Shown here one piece after another: positions 17,632 through 27,845 of a DNA stretch of 64,000 bases (position 1 is its first letter; every line of letters begins with the position of its first letter). Made by a program: the position numbers and the translations under genes. Under the pieces are notes generated by a model. The model was given only the letters and a program-made list of their open reading frames with translations, was not told the DNA's origin and did no database searches. The DNA comes from Clostridia bacterium (GTDB taxonomy: Bacteria; Bacillota; Clostridia; JAAYHZ01). The stretch lies in NCBI GenBank assembly GCA_050950825.1, contig JBMNIH010000009.1, forward strand, positions 64,001 through 128,000, read 5' to 3'.

Positions 17632-20600
17632 ATGAGTAATTTTGTGCATCTACATCTACATACGGAATACAGCTTGTTGGACGGAGCGGCAAGAATCAGC
17701 CTTTTGCCGAAAAGAGCAAAGGAGTTGGGCATGAATGCCTTGGCCATGACGGACCACGGTGCCATGTACGGAACCTTGGCTTTTTACAAGCAGTGTAAAA
17801 GCGAGGGAATCAAGCCTATTATCGGATGCGAGGTGTATACCGCAAGAAGAAGCCGATTCGACAAGGATAAGGATGCAGACAGCGATTACGGGCATTTGGT
17901 GCTGCTGGCTGAAAACGATACCGGGTACCATAATTTAATCAAGCTGGTCACTCGGTCTTGGTCGGAAGGCTTCTATTACAAGCCTCGTGTGGACATGGAA
18001 TTATTGCGAGAATACCGTGAAGGCTTGATTGCTTTGAGTGCATGCTTGGCAGGAGATATACCGAGGCTTCTTCTCAACGGCCAATACGAAGATGCGAAAA
18101 AAATGGCGTTGGATTTCCAAGAACTCTACGGGAAAGACCGCTTCTATTTGGAGTTGCAGTACAACGGTCTTACGGAGCAAAACAAGGTCAACGCCCAATT
18201 GATCAAGCTTTCTCAAGAAACCGGTATTCCTTTGGTAGCCACCAACGACGTCCATTACATCAACAGGGAAGACAGCAAAATGCACGATATCCTCATGTGC
18301 ATTCAAACCCAAACCACCGTTCACGATACGGACCGGATGTCCTTTGAAACGGACGAATTCTATTTAAAATCTCCTGAGGAAATGAAATCTCACTTTCCCG
18401 GCGTCCCGGAAGCTATTGAAAATACCGTGAAAATCGCGGATATGTGCAACGTGGAATTGGACTTTTCCAATCGGCATTTACCGGAATACAAGCTTCCGGA
18501 TAACACGGATGCTTATGAATATTTGGAGAAATTGGCCACCGATGGAATGATAAGAAAATACGGTAAAGAGTCTCTTCAGGACGAGAGTATTTACGGCCGT
18601 CTGAAATACGAGCTTTCGGTCATTCGACAAATGGGATACGTAGATTATTTCCTCATTGTCTGGGACTACATCAAATATGCAAGGAGCAACAATATTACCG
18701 TCGGACCCGGAAGAGGCTCCGCGGCCGGGTGCTTGGTATCCTATTGCTTGGATATTATCACCGTGGATCCTTTAAAGCACGATTTGATTTTCGAACGTTT
18801 TTTAAATCCCGAACGGGTGAGCATGCCGGATATCGACAGCGACTTTTCTTCCTTCGGAAGACAGCAGGTAATCGATTATGTCATTCATAAATACGGCCAG
18901 AGCAATGTGGCACAAATTATCACCTTCGGTACCTTAGGCGCCCGTGCCGCTGTTCGGGATGTTGGAAGGGCCATGGGAATTCCCTATTCGAGGGTGGATT
19001 CCGTCGCTAAAATGCTGCCTTCCATGGGTAGACTCTCCATCGAAGAAGCTATCGAGCAAAATCCACTTTTAAAAAAGCTTTATCTTGAGGATATGGAAAT
19101 TCGCGAGCTTTTCGATATGTCCATGCAGGTCGAAGGAATGCCTCGGCATTCGTCGGTTCATGCGTCCGGCATCGTGGTATCGAAGAAATCCATCGATAAT
19201 TACGTTCCTCTGCAGCAAGTAGAAGGAAACATGGTGACCATGTTTACCATGAACGAATTGGAGGAATTAGGACTTTTAAAGATGGACTTTTTGGGCTTAA
19301 AAAACCTGGACGTTATCGACCAAGCGGTAAAAATGATCAAAGCCAATAAGGGAACGGATATCGAATTGGAAAACATCGATATGGAGGATCCTAAGGTATT
19401 TCAATTGATTTCGGAAGGGAATACGTCCGGCTTGTTCCAGATTGAAAGTACGGGTATGACGTCTTTTTTGAAAAACCTGAAGCCGGACAAGCTGGAAGAA
19501 ATCATCGCCGGTATTTCCCTTTATCGCCCGGGTCCCATGGATTCCATCCCCACATATATAGAAAACAGAAAGAATCCTGAAAAAATACAATATCTGCATC
19601 CGAAGCTCAAAGACATTCTTGACGTGACATACGGCTGTATCGTCTACCAAGAGCAGGTCATGCGTATTTGCCGCGATTTGGCGGGATACAGCAGCGGTCG
19701 GGCCGATTTGGTCCGCCGTATCATGTCGAAGAAGAAGCATTCCGACATGATGAAGGAACGGGAAATTTTCATCTACGGCGAAAAGGACGAAAACGGAAAC
19801 GTCATCGTTCCCGGATGTGTCAACAACGGCATACCGGAGGCGATCGCTGCGGAATTGTACGACCGAATGAGTGCTTTTGCCAGCTATGCATTTAACAAGT
19901 CTCATGCCGCCGCTTATGCCTATATCTGTTATCGAGAGGCCTGGCTGAAGTGCTATTATCCGGTCGAATTTTATGCGGCACTGCTAAACAGCTATTTGGA
20001 CAACACGGATAAAATCGCCCAATACGTTTACGAATGTAACAAACAAGAGATTAAAGTGCTGCCTCCCGATATCAACGAGAGCGGATCCGAATTTACCGTT
20101 TCCGGGAAAAATATTCGATTCGGTATGTCCGCCGTTAAAAACGTCAGCACCCAAGCCGTTAAGATGATAATAAAAGAGAGGGAAGAGAACGGCATTTTTA
20201 CGGATTTCATGGACTTTTGCAAAAGAATCAGCAAACACGACGTAAACAAAAAGAGCGTGGAAAATCTGATTCGTTGCGGCGCATTTGATTCCATGGGCGT
20301 TTATCGGTCTCGCTTGCTTAGCGTCTATGAAAAGGTTTTAGACGGGTTCAACCAAGAGAATAAAAGAAACATCGAAGGTCAGCTTCGTTTGTTTGACGAT
20401 ACATCCGGTGAAGCAAAGAAATTGGAGGTTATAAACTATCCAGATATCGACGAATTTGATCCCGCCGTATTGCTGTCCATGGAAAAGGAAATCCTCGGCT
20501 ACTATATCTCCGGCCATCCTATGCTTCAATACCAGGAAAAGCTTTCGGATTTGGTGACTTTCTCCGCCAAGGACAAGTTCGATATCATAAGCGGCATCAA

Positions 20601-21246
20601 GGAGGAAAACAACGGTACCGCTTCCGCGAAAACCTTAAAAGACAAGCAAAGCGTAGTTTTTGCCGGAAGCATCACCAAAGTGACGGTAAAATCCACGAAG
20701 AGCAACCGGCTGATGGCATTTATCAACGTGGAGGATGTGTACGGATATGTGGAAGTGATTGTTTTTCCCGATGTATATAAAGAGAATATCGATTTGTTTG
20801 CCAATGACAAAATCGTTGTGATTAAAGGAACGTTGGATATACGGGACGACGAAGAAGATATCAAGATTTTATGCAATGAAATTTACGACGTTCAAAGGAT
20901 TATCGATAATCCGGAGATATTGAAAGAAAAAAATCATACGATAAGTAAGAATTCCGCGGTCTTAGAGGCCGCCCGTCCTTCCGAAAACAAGGAGAAGACC
21001 GATCCGAAGCGACAGGTTTCACCGGAGAAGAAAACGTTGTACGTACGTTTGGACAACCGGATGAGATTGGAAGAACTAAAAAGTACCGTCCGGTATTTCT
21101 ACGGACGAACGCCGGTCAAGGTATATTATCGTGACACGGAGAAGGTAGAAAAGTTGAACGACAATCATACGATTGATGTGGAAGACCCGCAAGTCGTCCG
21201 TATATTGAGTGAAAAGTTCGGAAAAGAGAACATTGTAATAAAATAG
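17632..21246 (+). CDS. dnaE: DNA polymerase III alpha subunit
   Basis: FVHLHLHTEYSLLDG PHP domain, GPGRGSAAG, MPDIDSD, FNKSHAAAY, OB fold. Confidence 0.98.
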   Translation: MSNFVHLHLHTEYSLLDGAARISLLPKRAKELGMNALAMTDHGAMYGTLAFYKQCKSEGIKPIIGCEVYTARRSRFDKDKDADSDYGHLVLLAENDTGYHNLIKLVTRSWSEGFYYKPRVDMELLREYREGLIALSACLAGDIPRLLLNGQYEDAKKMALDFQELYGKDRFYLELQYNGLTEQNKVNAQLIKLSQETGIPLVATNDVHYINREDSKMHDILMCIQTQTTVHDTDRMSFETDEFYLKSPEEMKSHFPGVPEAIENTVKIADMCNVELDFSNRHLPEYKLPDNTDAYEYLEKLATDGMIRKYGKESLQDESIYGRLKYELSVIRQMGYVDYFLIVWDYIKYARSNNITVGPGRGSAAGCLVSYCLDIITVDPLKHDLIFERFLNPERVSMPDIDSDFSSFGRQQVIDYVIHKYGQSNVAQIITFGTLGARAAVRDVGRAMGIPYSRVDSVAKMLPSMGRLSIEEAIEQNPLLKKLYLEDMEIRELFDMSMQVEGMPRHSSVHASGIVVSKKSIDNYVPLQQVEGNMVTMFTMNELEELGLLKMDFLGLKNLDVIDQAVKMIKANKGTDIELENIDMEDPKVFQLISEGNTSGLFQIESTGMTSFLKNLKPDKLEEIIAGISLYRPGPMDSIPTYIENRKNPEKIQYLHPKLKDILDVTYGCIVYQEQVMRICRDLAGYSSGRADLVRRIMSKKKHSDMMKEREIFIYGEKDENGNVIVPGCVNNGIPEAIAAELYDRMSAFASYAFNKSHAAAYAYICYREAWLKCYYPVEFYAALLNSYLDNTDKIAQYVYECNKQEIKVLPPDINESGSEFTVSGKNIRFGMSAVKNVSTQAVKMIIKEREENGIFTDFMDFCKRISKHDVNKKSVENLIRCGAFDSMGVYRSRLLSVYEKVLDGFNQENKRNIEGQLRLFDDTSGEAKKLEVINYPDIDEFDPAVLLSMEKEILGYYISGHPMLQYQEKLSDLVTFSAKDKFDIISGIKEENNGTASAKTLKDKQSVVFAGSITKVTVKSTKSNRLMAFINVEDVYGYVEVIVFPDVYKENIDLFANDKIVVIKGTLDIRDDEEDIKILCNEIYDVQRIIDNPEILKEKNHTISKNSAVLEAARPSENKEKTDPKRQVSPEKKTLYVRLDNRMRLEELKSTVRYFYGRTPVKVYYRDTEKVEKLNDNHTIDVEDPQVVRILSEKFGKENIVIK

Positions 21247-21428
21247 AATATCGGTTAAAACTTGATATAGGATTTTATTCTTGTGTTACGTTATATAAGT
21301 GATATAATTATTTATGATATAACGAATGTTTCGCATGCATAGTAATGAAAAGACATGGAATCGAAAGTCCGACACCATTCGTTTGAAATTGTTCTGACGT
21401 CTTTAGTTTGGATTGGGAGGTAAGGTGT

Positions 21429-22403
21429 ATGGGTAATATCAGGACAATCGGCGTATTGACCAGCGGAGGAGATGCACCGGGTATGAATGCTGCAATCCGG
21501 GCGGTGGTACGTGCAGGTATTTATTACGGATATAAAGTGATGGGAATCAAAAGAGGCTTTACCGGCCTTGTTTCCGGAGATATGGAAGAGCTGACCCTGC
21601 GTGCCGTTTCGGGGATTATTCAGCACGGCGGAACGATGCTAAAAACATCAAGATGCCCGGAATTCAAAACAAAAGAAGGAATTTTTAAAGGGGTTTCCAT
21701 GTGTAAAATCTTCGGTATTGATGTGGTTGTAGTTATCGGAGGAGACGGTTCATTTCGAGGAGCTTTGGATTTGAGCAAAGCCGGCATTCCTGTCATCGGC
21801 ATTCCTGCAACCATCGATAACGACGTGGGCTGCACCGATTATACCATTGGATTCGATACCGCTTTAAATACCGTTTCGGATGCCTTGGATAAAATCAAAG
21901 ACACCGGATACTCTCATGAGCGCGTCAGTGTTTTGGAGGTTATGGGTCGAAAAGCGGGACATATCGCCATTAATACGGGAATCGCAGGAGGAGCGGAAGT
22001 CATTTTGATTCCGGAAGAAACACCGGATTATGAAAAAGACGTAATACGACCGATTTTGGAAGGCAGAAATCGAGGAAAGACCGATTTTAACGTCATTGTT
22101 GCCGAGGGTGTGGATATCAGTGTTCCCGAGCTGTCCCGAATGATCGAGGAAAGTACGGGTATCACCACTCGATATACCATATTAGGATACATACAAAGAG
22201 GCGGAATCCCCACCGTCAATGACCGTGTAATGGCAAGCAGGATGGGAGTCAAGGCCGTTAAGGATATCCGGGAAGGCAAGCTTAATCGAGTGATTGCATA
22301 CAAGAACGGTAAAGTCGTAGACTTTGACATAGAGGAAGCACTAAAGCAAACAAAAAGTGTTGATGAAGAAATGATTGAATTGGAAAGAATATTGTCATTG
22401 TAA
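21429..22403 (+). CDS. pfkA: ATP-dependent 6-phosphofructokinase
   Basis: GVLTSGGDAPGMNAA, GGDGS, PATIDND, EVMGR; GGGAGG RBS. Confidence 0.97.
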   Translation: MGNIRTIGVLTSGGDAPGMNAAIRAVVRAGIYYGYKVMGIKRGFTGLVSGDMEELTLRAVSGIIQHGGTMLKTSRCPEFKTKEGIFKGVSMCKIFGIDVVVVIGGDGSFRGALDLSKAGIPVIGIPATIDNDVGCTDYTIGFDTALNTVSDALDKIKDTGYSHERVSVLEVMGRKAGHIAINTGIAGGAEVILIPEETPDYEKDVIRPILEGRNRGKTDFNVIVAEGVDISVPELSRMIEESTGITTRYTILGYIQRGGIPTVNDRVMASRMGVKAVKDIREGKLNRVIAYKNGKVVDFDIEEALKQTKSVDEEMIELERILSL

Positions 22404-22416
22404 TATTGAGGAGAGA

Positions 22417-22968
22417 ATGAATTTACCCAATTTTTTAACCGTCATTAGATTAATATTGATACCATTTTGCGGGTATGCACTGTATAATGATCATTTTTTA
22501 CAAGCAGGCGTTATTTTTGTCATGGCATGCATAACGGATTATGCGGACGGCAAAATTGCGAGAAAGTACAATATGGTCACGAACTTCGGAAAGCTCGCCG
22601 ACCCTGCGGCTGACAAATTGTTGCTTTTAACCGCACTGTTCATACTTGCCGTAAAGAAACTAATCCCCATGTTCATTCCGGTAACGGTGTTGATAAAGGA
22701 AACCATCATGGGAATCGGCGGCTTGATTTTATTAAACAAAAAATACGTAGTGAGTGCGAACATATACGGGAAGATTGCCACCTTCTTTTTTAACACATCC
22801 GTCGCGGTGATTATCATTTTAAAACCGGCATCCTTCATAACCAATACGCTGTTGGTGACATCCGTTCTGTTGATGTTTGTTGCCTTGGCCAAATATTCGC
22901 ACCAATATTTTAAAATTAAACGTGATTTGATTGAAAAGCAGGCCAAAGAAGATCCTTTGGTAAGGTGA
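22417..22968 (+). CDS. pgsA: CDP-alcohol phosphatidyltransferase (PgsA-like)
   Basis: MNLPNFLTVIR, TDYADGKIARK..FGKLADPAADK signature. Confidence 0.85.
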   Translation: MNLPNFLTVIRLILIPFCGYALYNDHFLQAGVIFVMACITDYADGKIARKYNMVTNFGKLADPAADKLLLLTALFILAVKKLIPMFIPVTVLIKETIMGIGGLILLNKKYVVSANIYGKIATFFFNTSVAVIIILKPASFITNTLLVTSVLLMFVALAKYSHQYFKIKRDLIEKQAKEDPLVR

Positions 22969-22971
22969 TTT

Positions 22972-23865
22972 ATGTTTGGATATATACATCCCCTGAAGCC
23001 GGAAATGAAGATTCGAGATTACGAAACATTCAGGGCGTATTACTGCGGCGTTTGCCGTTCCATTTCCAAGCGGACGGGGCAGTCGGCAAGAATGGCATTA
23101 ACATACGATGCAACCTTTTATGCAATATTTTTGGATGCCCTGCATAAGAATACAAAGACCGGTATTTCCATGAACCGTTGTATTCGACATCCCTTGAAAA
23201 AAAGGGCCGCCGTTCACTCCTCGGACAGTACGGATTATGCCTCCGACGTGAATGTCATACTCGCATGGTTCAGCATGTTGGATCACTATCAAGACGGTGA
23301 AGGCGTAAAGTCGGTTGCGGGTATGGCGGCCTTGAGAAGAGCTTTCAAGCGGTGCAAAAAGCGTAATCCGAAGCTATGCGATTTTGTAGCGAACAAGCTT
23401 TCCGATTTGCATCGTTTGGAAAAGGAAAATTGTCCAAACATTGATATGGTTTCCGAAACCTTTGCCGATATCCTTCGCTATATATCATGTCCGCCCTTTT
23501 TGGAGCTTTCGAATGAAACCCAAGAAGCGGTGCAGTGGTTCGGCTACAATTTGGGTAAATGGCTGTATTTGATTGATGCATTCGACGATTTGGAACAAGA
23601 TGCGAAAAAGAAGCGGTATAACCCGTTTTTGGCTCGTTACGAGTACAATCCTCGGGAAACGGATATCGGAGATTTTAAAAAGAAGATTAAGGAACAAGCG
23701 GAATTTTTGCTTCTGAACTGTTTGGACCAAGTGACGAAAGCTTATCGCTTTATTGACGTTTACAGAAACAAAGATATTATCGAAAACATTATTTACTTGG
23801 GAATGCTGAATAAAACGGATCAAATTTTACAAGGAGAAAAGGAAAAGAATGAAAAATCCGTATGA
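22972..23865 (+). CDS. DUF5685-family protein
   Basis: [42 protein letters not shown]. Confidence 0.8.
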   Translation: MFGYIHPLKPEMKIRDYETFRAYYCGVCRSISKRTGQSARMALTYDATFYAIFLDALHKNTKTGISMNRCIRHPLKKRAAVHSSDSTDYASDVNVILAWFSMLDHYQDGEGVKSVAGMAALRRAFKRCKKRNPKLCDFVANKLSDLHRLEKENCPNIDMVSETFADILRYISCPPFLELSNETQEAVQWFGYNLGKWLYLIDAFDDLEQDAKKKRYNPFLARYEYNPRETDIGDFKKKIKEQAEFLLLNCLDQVTKAYRFIDVYRNKDIIENIIYLGMLNKTDQILQGEKEKNEKSV

Positions 23866-24484
23866 AGTATTAGGGGTAAAAGAGACTGCAAGCGATGCAG
23901 AAATAAAAAGAGCATATCGTGAGCTGGTAAAAAAGTACCACCCGGACCAATACCGTGATAACCCGCTGAGCAAGCTTGCGGAAGAAAAGCTTCGTGAGGT
24001 TAATGAAGCTTATGACGAAATCATGCGGCAAAGAGCCGCAGGTGGCGGCAGCGGATATCGTCAAACCGATTCCGGCTCAAGATCCGGTCAATCTTATTCC
24101 TCCAATACCGGCGGTAATGCTTTTTATGAAATCAGGCAAAAAATTAATATGGGGCAACTGAACGAGGCCGACGTTATGCTGGATAATATCGTTACAAGAA
24201 CGGCGGAGTGGTATTTCTTAAAAGGCTTGCTGTACTTTAAACGAGGCTGGTACGACGCGGCTTACAACCACGTGCAGACGGCATGCAGCATGGAACCGAA
24301 CAATTTTGAATATCGACAGACGCTGAATCGTATGCAAAACAATACGAATATGTACCGTCAAAGCTCTACCAACCGAGGATATAAAAAGAACGACGATTTC
24401 GATATTTGCTCCATATGTACGGCACTGTACTGTGCCGACTGCTGCTGCGAATGTGCCGGCGGTGACTTGATCGCTTGCTGCTGA
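23849..24484 (+). CDS. J-domain protein with TPR-like middle and Cys-rich C-terminal tail
   Basis: [15 protein letters not shown]-domain; [11 protein letters not shown]-like segment; tail [25 protein letters not shown]. Confidence 0.88.
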   Translation: MKNPYEVLGVKETASDAEIKRAYRELVKKYHPDQYRDNPLSKLAEEKLREVNEAYDEIMRQRAAGGGSGYRQTDSGSRSGQSYSSNTGGNAFYEIRQKINMGQLNEADVMLDNIVTRTAEWYFLKGLLYFKRGWYDAAYNHVQTACSMEPNNFEYRQTLNRMQNNTNMYRQSSTNRGYKKNDDFDICSICTALYCADCCCECAGGDLIACC

Positions 24485-24497
24485 CAGGTGAAGCGAA

Positions 24498-25010
24498 ATG
24501 AGAAGAACCAAAAGAATCGCTTTCGGAGGGATTTTAACGGCTTTAACCGTAATAGCGGTCTTTGCAGCCGCCTATGTTCCCTCCGGGAAACTGTCCGTAT
24601 ATGTTTTGGCATCCTTTTTTACGGCCGTATTTGTGATTCATTTCGGTGCAAAATTCGGCTTGCTGTTCTACATAACGGCTTCATTATTATCTTGGATCCT
24701 ATTGCCGGATAAAATGGCCGTTGTACCCTACGCAGGATTTTTCGGCTGGTACGGAATCGTAAAGTCGTATATCGAAAAATTAAACAAGCTTTTGTTGGAA
24801 TGGATTTTGAAGATTGTAATAATGAACTTGGTTTTCGCCGTCGGTTATTTTCTTTTCCGTTCCTTTTTACCCCAAATCGATTTCTCAAGCCCTTGGATTT
24901 GGGGAGGCTTCATCCTTCTGCAGATAGCTTTTGTCGTTTATGACTATGTTTTCACCATGGTCATCAATGTATACTATAGAAGGTTTTATTCGAAATTCGG
25001 CAACGAATGA
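24498..25010 (+). CDS. Conserved membrane protein of unknown function
   Basis: Five to six hydrophobic segments, FFGWYGIVK, FVVYDY; AGGTG RBS. Confidence 0.75.
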   Translation: MRRTKRIAFGGILTALTVIAVFAAAYVPSGKLSVYVLASFFTAVFVIHFGAKFGLLFYITASLLSWILLPDKMAVVPYAGFFGWYGIVKSYIEKLNKLLLEWILKIVIMNLVFAVGYFLFRSFLPQIDFSSPWIWGGFILLQIAFVVYDYVFTMVINVYYRRFYSKFGNE

Positions 25011-25098
25011 AGATTTAACAAAAGCTTACATGCTTGATATGTCAATGTGATATAATTGAGGAAATAAGAGGTATCGTTATCTTACAGAGGTGGTAGCC

Positions 25099-26940
25099 AT
25101 GTCGATGTATAAAAAATCTTTTTGTTTTCTTATGATATTTTTCCTGGTTCTATCTTTTGCTTCTTGTGCAAAAGAACAAACGCCCGATTACCTTCGTCAA
25201 ATTACCGAATCCCGAGAACGGCTGGTCATTGAGAATCCTTTGGCCGCATTTTTTGAAATCACATGGCTTGCAGGCATTGATGACGATAAATACGTAGACG
25301 GCGGTATAGACGAACGGATGCTGGAGGAGCGGTACAACGTCGATTTTAAGGTATGGAAAATAAGCAACTATGACCCGGAAGGCTTATCCGCCATGATTGC
25401 ATCCGGGGATATTCCGGATATCGGTTATCTGCCTTATGCACCTTACGATGCGCCGAGGCTTTTAAGAGAAGGCTTTACGAGAACCGTCCCCCTGGATTTA
25501 TACCAAGATTACTTTCCGTATTACTACGAACAAATGGAAAAAAACGCTCCTTATTCTTTTATGTATAACAATGTCTTAGACGAAGAAGGCAATCTTACGG
25601 AGCATTATTACGGTATCTCTTTTATAACCTGGAACTACAAATGGTACTACAACGTACCTCTTATGAGACTGGATTGGTTGGAGAAAGTTGGCTATTCCAT
25701 ACCTAGCGAGTTATTGATACCTATAACCTTGACCGATGACAAATTGGGACAATTCAGCGGCCGGCTTTTTCAAACCAACCACATTTTCTCTCACGAAGAA
25801 ATGAATGATATTCTGCGTGCCTTCACTATCATGGATCCCGATGGAAACGGGAAAGACGACACCTACGGCGCCGTCCTTTTCCGGCACGATTTCAGATCCC
25901 ACTGGGTTGATCTTTATTGGGGACAATTCGGTGTCATAGCATCCGACGACAACTTTTTATATCTCGATCATGAAACGGGCGATGTGGTACCGTATTATGC
26001 CTATTCGGGGTTCCGAGACTATATGGAATGGGCCGTCGGCATGAAAGAAAAAGGCTATATGCGCACGCTTCCCGAAGGATACGTAAGCGATGCTCCCCAA
26101 GGCGCGTGGTACGACCAATTGCTGGAGACTTGGGCTACGGGGAAGGTGGGCTTTTTTACCGCCGATATGCAATACCTTTGCAGACCGGATTTTCCGGAAT
26201 ACTCCGACAGGCAGCCTCCCCAAAGCATTTGGTTGAAAACATATGAAAAAAATGCTACATTCGTAGCCTTTCCCGTCCTTGCCGGTCCGGGAGAGCCCGG
26301 GACTTGGGGCACTCGCCGATACAATATGGATGCATTCAGCGAAGGGCAATTCAGAACTTATGTAGTGGGGGCTTCCGTTTCCGATGAAAAATTGGCTCGC
26401 GTGTTTACCATGTGGAACGACCGCTACACGAATCCGGAGGATGATTTTTGGCGAAAGGTTCTGTACGGTATCGAAGGAATCCACTACCGATGGACGGGAG
26501 AGCCTTGGAAAAGCGGTATGATTCGGACACCCAAGGAAGATATTCCTGAAAATTACCGAATGTACGGTTCATTCGGGGGCAGCTTTTCCTCCGACGTTTC
26601 TCCGGTACTTAATGAAGCCATGGCTCAATTTTATCGTTTCTTTATTGAAGACAAATGGGCGTCGAAATATACCATCGAACCTTATAAATACATCAGCGTG
26701 AGAACGATGGGTTATGACATGTACGAAGATTATATGAACAAAAGAAACGAAGTCATCGGAGAAATCTATGCCGTGGTAAACGATTATATAAACCGTTCTT
26801 GGGAAGGCCTGTTGGGAAGTTCTTCCAAAGAGTGGGAGCAATACCTCGAAAGGCTCTACGATGCGGGGTTGAATGTGTTGGTCAATAAGTATTATAACAA
26901 CCCGGAATTCGAGCTTTATGTAAGACCGGATCTTGATTGA
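25099..26940 (+). CDS. Extracellular solute-binding lipoprotein (LplA-like), no adjacent permease
   Basis: Signal peptide with lipobox FASC, MIASGDIPD, RLDWLEKVG, DPDGNGKDDTYG, YGIEGIHY. Confidence 0.8.
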   Translation: MSMYKKSFCFLMIFFLVLSFASCAKEQTPDYLRQITESRERLVIENPLAAFFEITWLAGIDDDKYVDGGIDERMLEERYNVDFKVWKISNYDPEGLSAMIASGDIPDIGYLPYAPYDAPRLLREGFTRTVPLDLYQDYFPYYYEQMEKNAPYSFMYNNVLDEEGNLTEHYYGISFITWNYKWYYNVPLMRLDWLEKVGYSIPSELLIPITLTDDKLGQFSGRLFQTNHIFSHEEMNDILRAFTIMDPDGNGKDDTYGAVLFRHDFRSHWVDLYWGQFGVIASDDNFLYLDHETGDVVPYYAYSGFRDYMEWAVGMKEKGYMRTLPEGYVSDAPQGAWYDQLLETWATGKVGFFTADMQYLCRPDFPEYSDRQPPQSIWLKTYEKNATFVAFPVLAGPGEPGTWGTRRYNMDAFSEGQFRTYVVGASVSDEKLARVFTMWNDRYTNPEDDFWRKVLYGIEGIHYRWTGEPWKSGMIRTPKEDIPENYRMYGSFGGSFSSDVSPVLNEAMAQFYRFFIEDKWASKYTIEPYKYISVRTMGYDMYEDYMNKRNEVIGEIYAVVNDYINRSWEGLLGSSSKEWEQYLERLYDAGLNVLVNKYYNNPEFELYVRPDLD

Positions 26941-26949
26941 ATATTAGTA

Positions 26950-27050
26950 TTGACGAAGGGGTTATTGCATGGTAATATGACAATGAAAATCGGGTTTCAC
27001 GAAGAAACCGTGTAAAAAACTGCGAAGGTTTTTTTGCAGTTTTTTTCTTT
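26950..27050 (+). promoter_or_regulatory. Sigma-A promoter with a terminator-containing leader upstream of the ECF S component
   Basis: TTGACG-N17-TAATAT with extended TG; hairpin GGTTTC/GAAACC; terminator AAAAAACTGC..GCAGTTTTTTT. Confidence 0.6.
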
Positions 27051-27083
27051 GCTTAAAAATATCATTTTTGTGAGGTCGATTCC

Positions 27084-27623
27084 ATGAAATTGAGTGTTCG
27101 AAATATTACTTACGGCGGTTTCTTTTTGGCATTGTGCGTTGTAATGCCCATGGCTTTTCATGCATTCGGAGCCGATGCGGGCAGAATATTTTTGCCCATG
27201 CATATTCCCGTTCTATTAAGCGGATTTGTATTAGGTCCCTTACCGGGGGCTATTATAGGGGCGGTAGGACCTTTATTGTCTTCCGCTATAACCGGAATGC
27301 CTGCAGGCCCCATGCTGATCAGTATGCCCATAGAGCTTTGTCTTTACGGATTGGTATCGGGTTTGTTCTTTTATAAGCTCAAGTGGAATGTATATTTATC
27401 GCTGGTATTATCTATGATTATCGGCCGCGCCGTATTGGCGGGAATTCTGCTTGTATTGACCGATGTGTTTCATATCAAGACCATCGGACCTGCCGCCGTA
27501 TTTTCTTCCGTCGGAGCAGGAATTCCCGGTATCGTTATCCAAATTCTTTTCATTCCTCTTGTGGTCATGGGGTTAAAGAAAATAAAAGGATTAAATCCGG
27601 AACAAAAAGCAATGGAAGGGTAA
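27084..27623 (+). CDS. ECF transporter S component, substrate unknown
   Basis: FLPMHIPVLLSG..GP, ITGMP, IPGIVIQ; about six TM segments. Confidence 0.85.
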   Translation: MKLSVRNITYGGFFLALCVVMPMAFHAFGADAGRIFLPMHIPVLLSGFVLGPLPGAIIGAVGPLLSSAITGMPAGPMLISMPIELCLYGLVSGLFFYKLKWNVYLSLVLSMIIGRAVLAGILLVLTDVFHIKTIGPAAVFSSVGAGIPGIVIQILFIPLVVMGLKKIKGLNPEQKAMEG

Positions 27624-27665
27624 AAACAAAGAACCCGGTATTAAAAAACAAAAAACAAGTCGACG

Positions 27666-27702
27666 GGATGAAATATGCGAATTTATTTCATCCTTTGTTT
27701 TT
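27666..27702 (+). terminator. Intrinsic terminator
   Basis: GGATGAAATA-N8-TATTTCATCC followed by TTTGTTTTT. Confidence 0.75.
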
Positions 27703-27845
27703 CCAAAGACATGTTTCATGGATGGAATCCGGAATTTTTGAGTATAAATCAAAGTAATCCTATCCGTATCGTTGTTATTATCCCTTATTTACGGTAAAAT
27801 AGTAGAAGTGTAAAATCAATAATCGAAAAAAGAGGGTAGAAAGAC

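Noticed and set aside
21281-21298. Rex-like operator upstream of pfkA
   Set aside because: TTGTGTTACGTTATATAA has too many mismatches to the TTGTGAA-N4-TTCACAA type consensus
24482-24712. Selenocysteine or read-through at the TGA after the J-protein's terminal CC
   Set aside because: No SECIS-like hairpin recognised, and the continuation overlaps a good membrane-protein gene in another frame
26991-27025. preQ1-I riboswitch (short stem followed by UAAAAAAC)
   Set aside because: The loop lacks the UUC..C pattern and has no complement to the 3' tail for the pseudoknot; kept only as an unassigned leader
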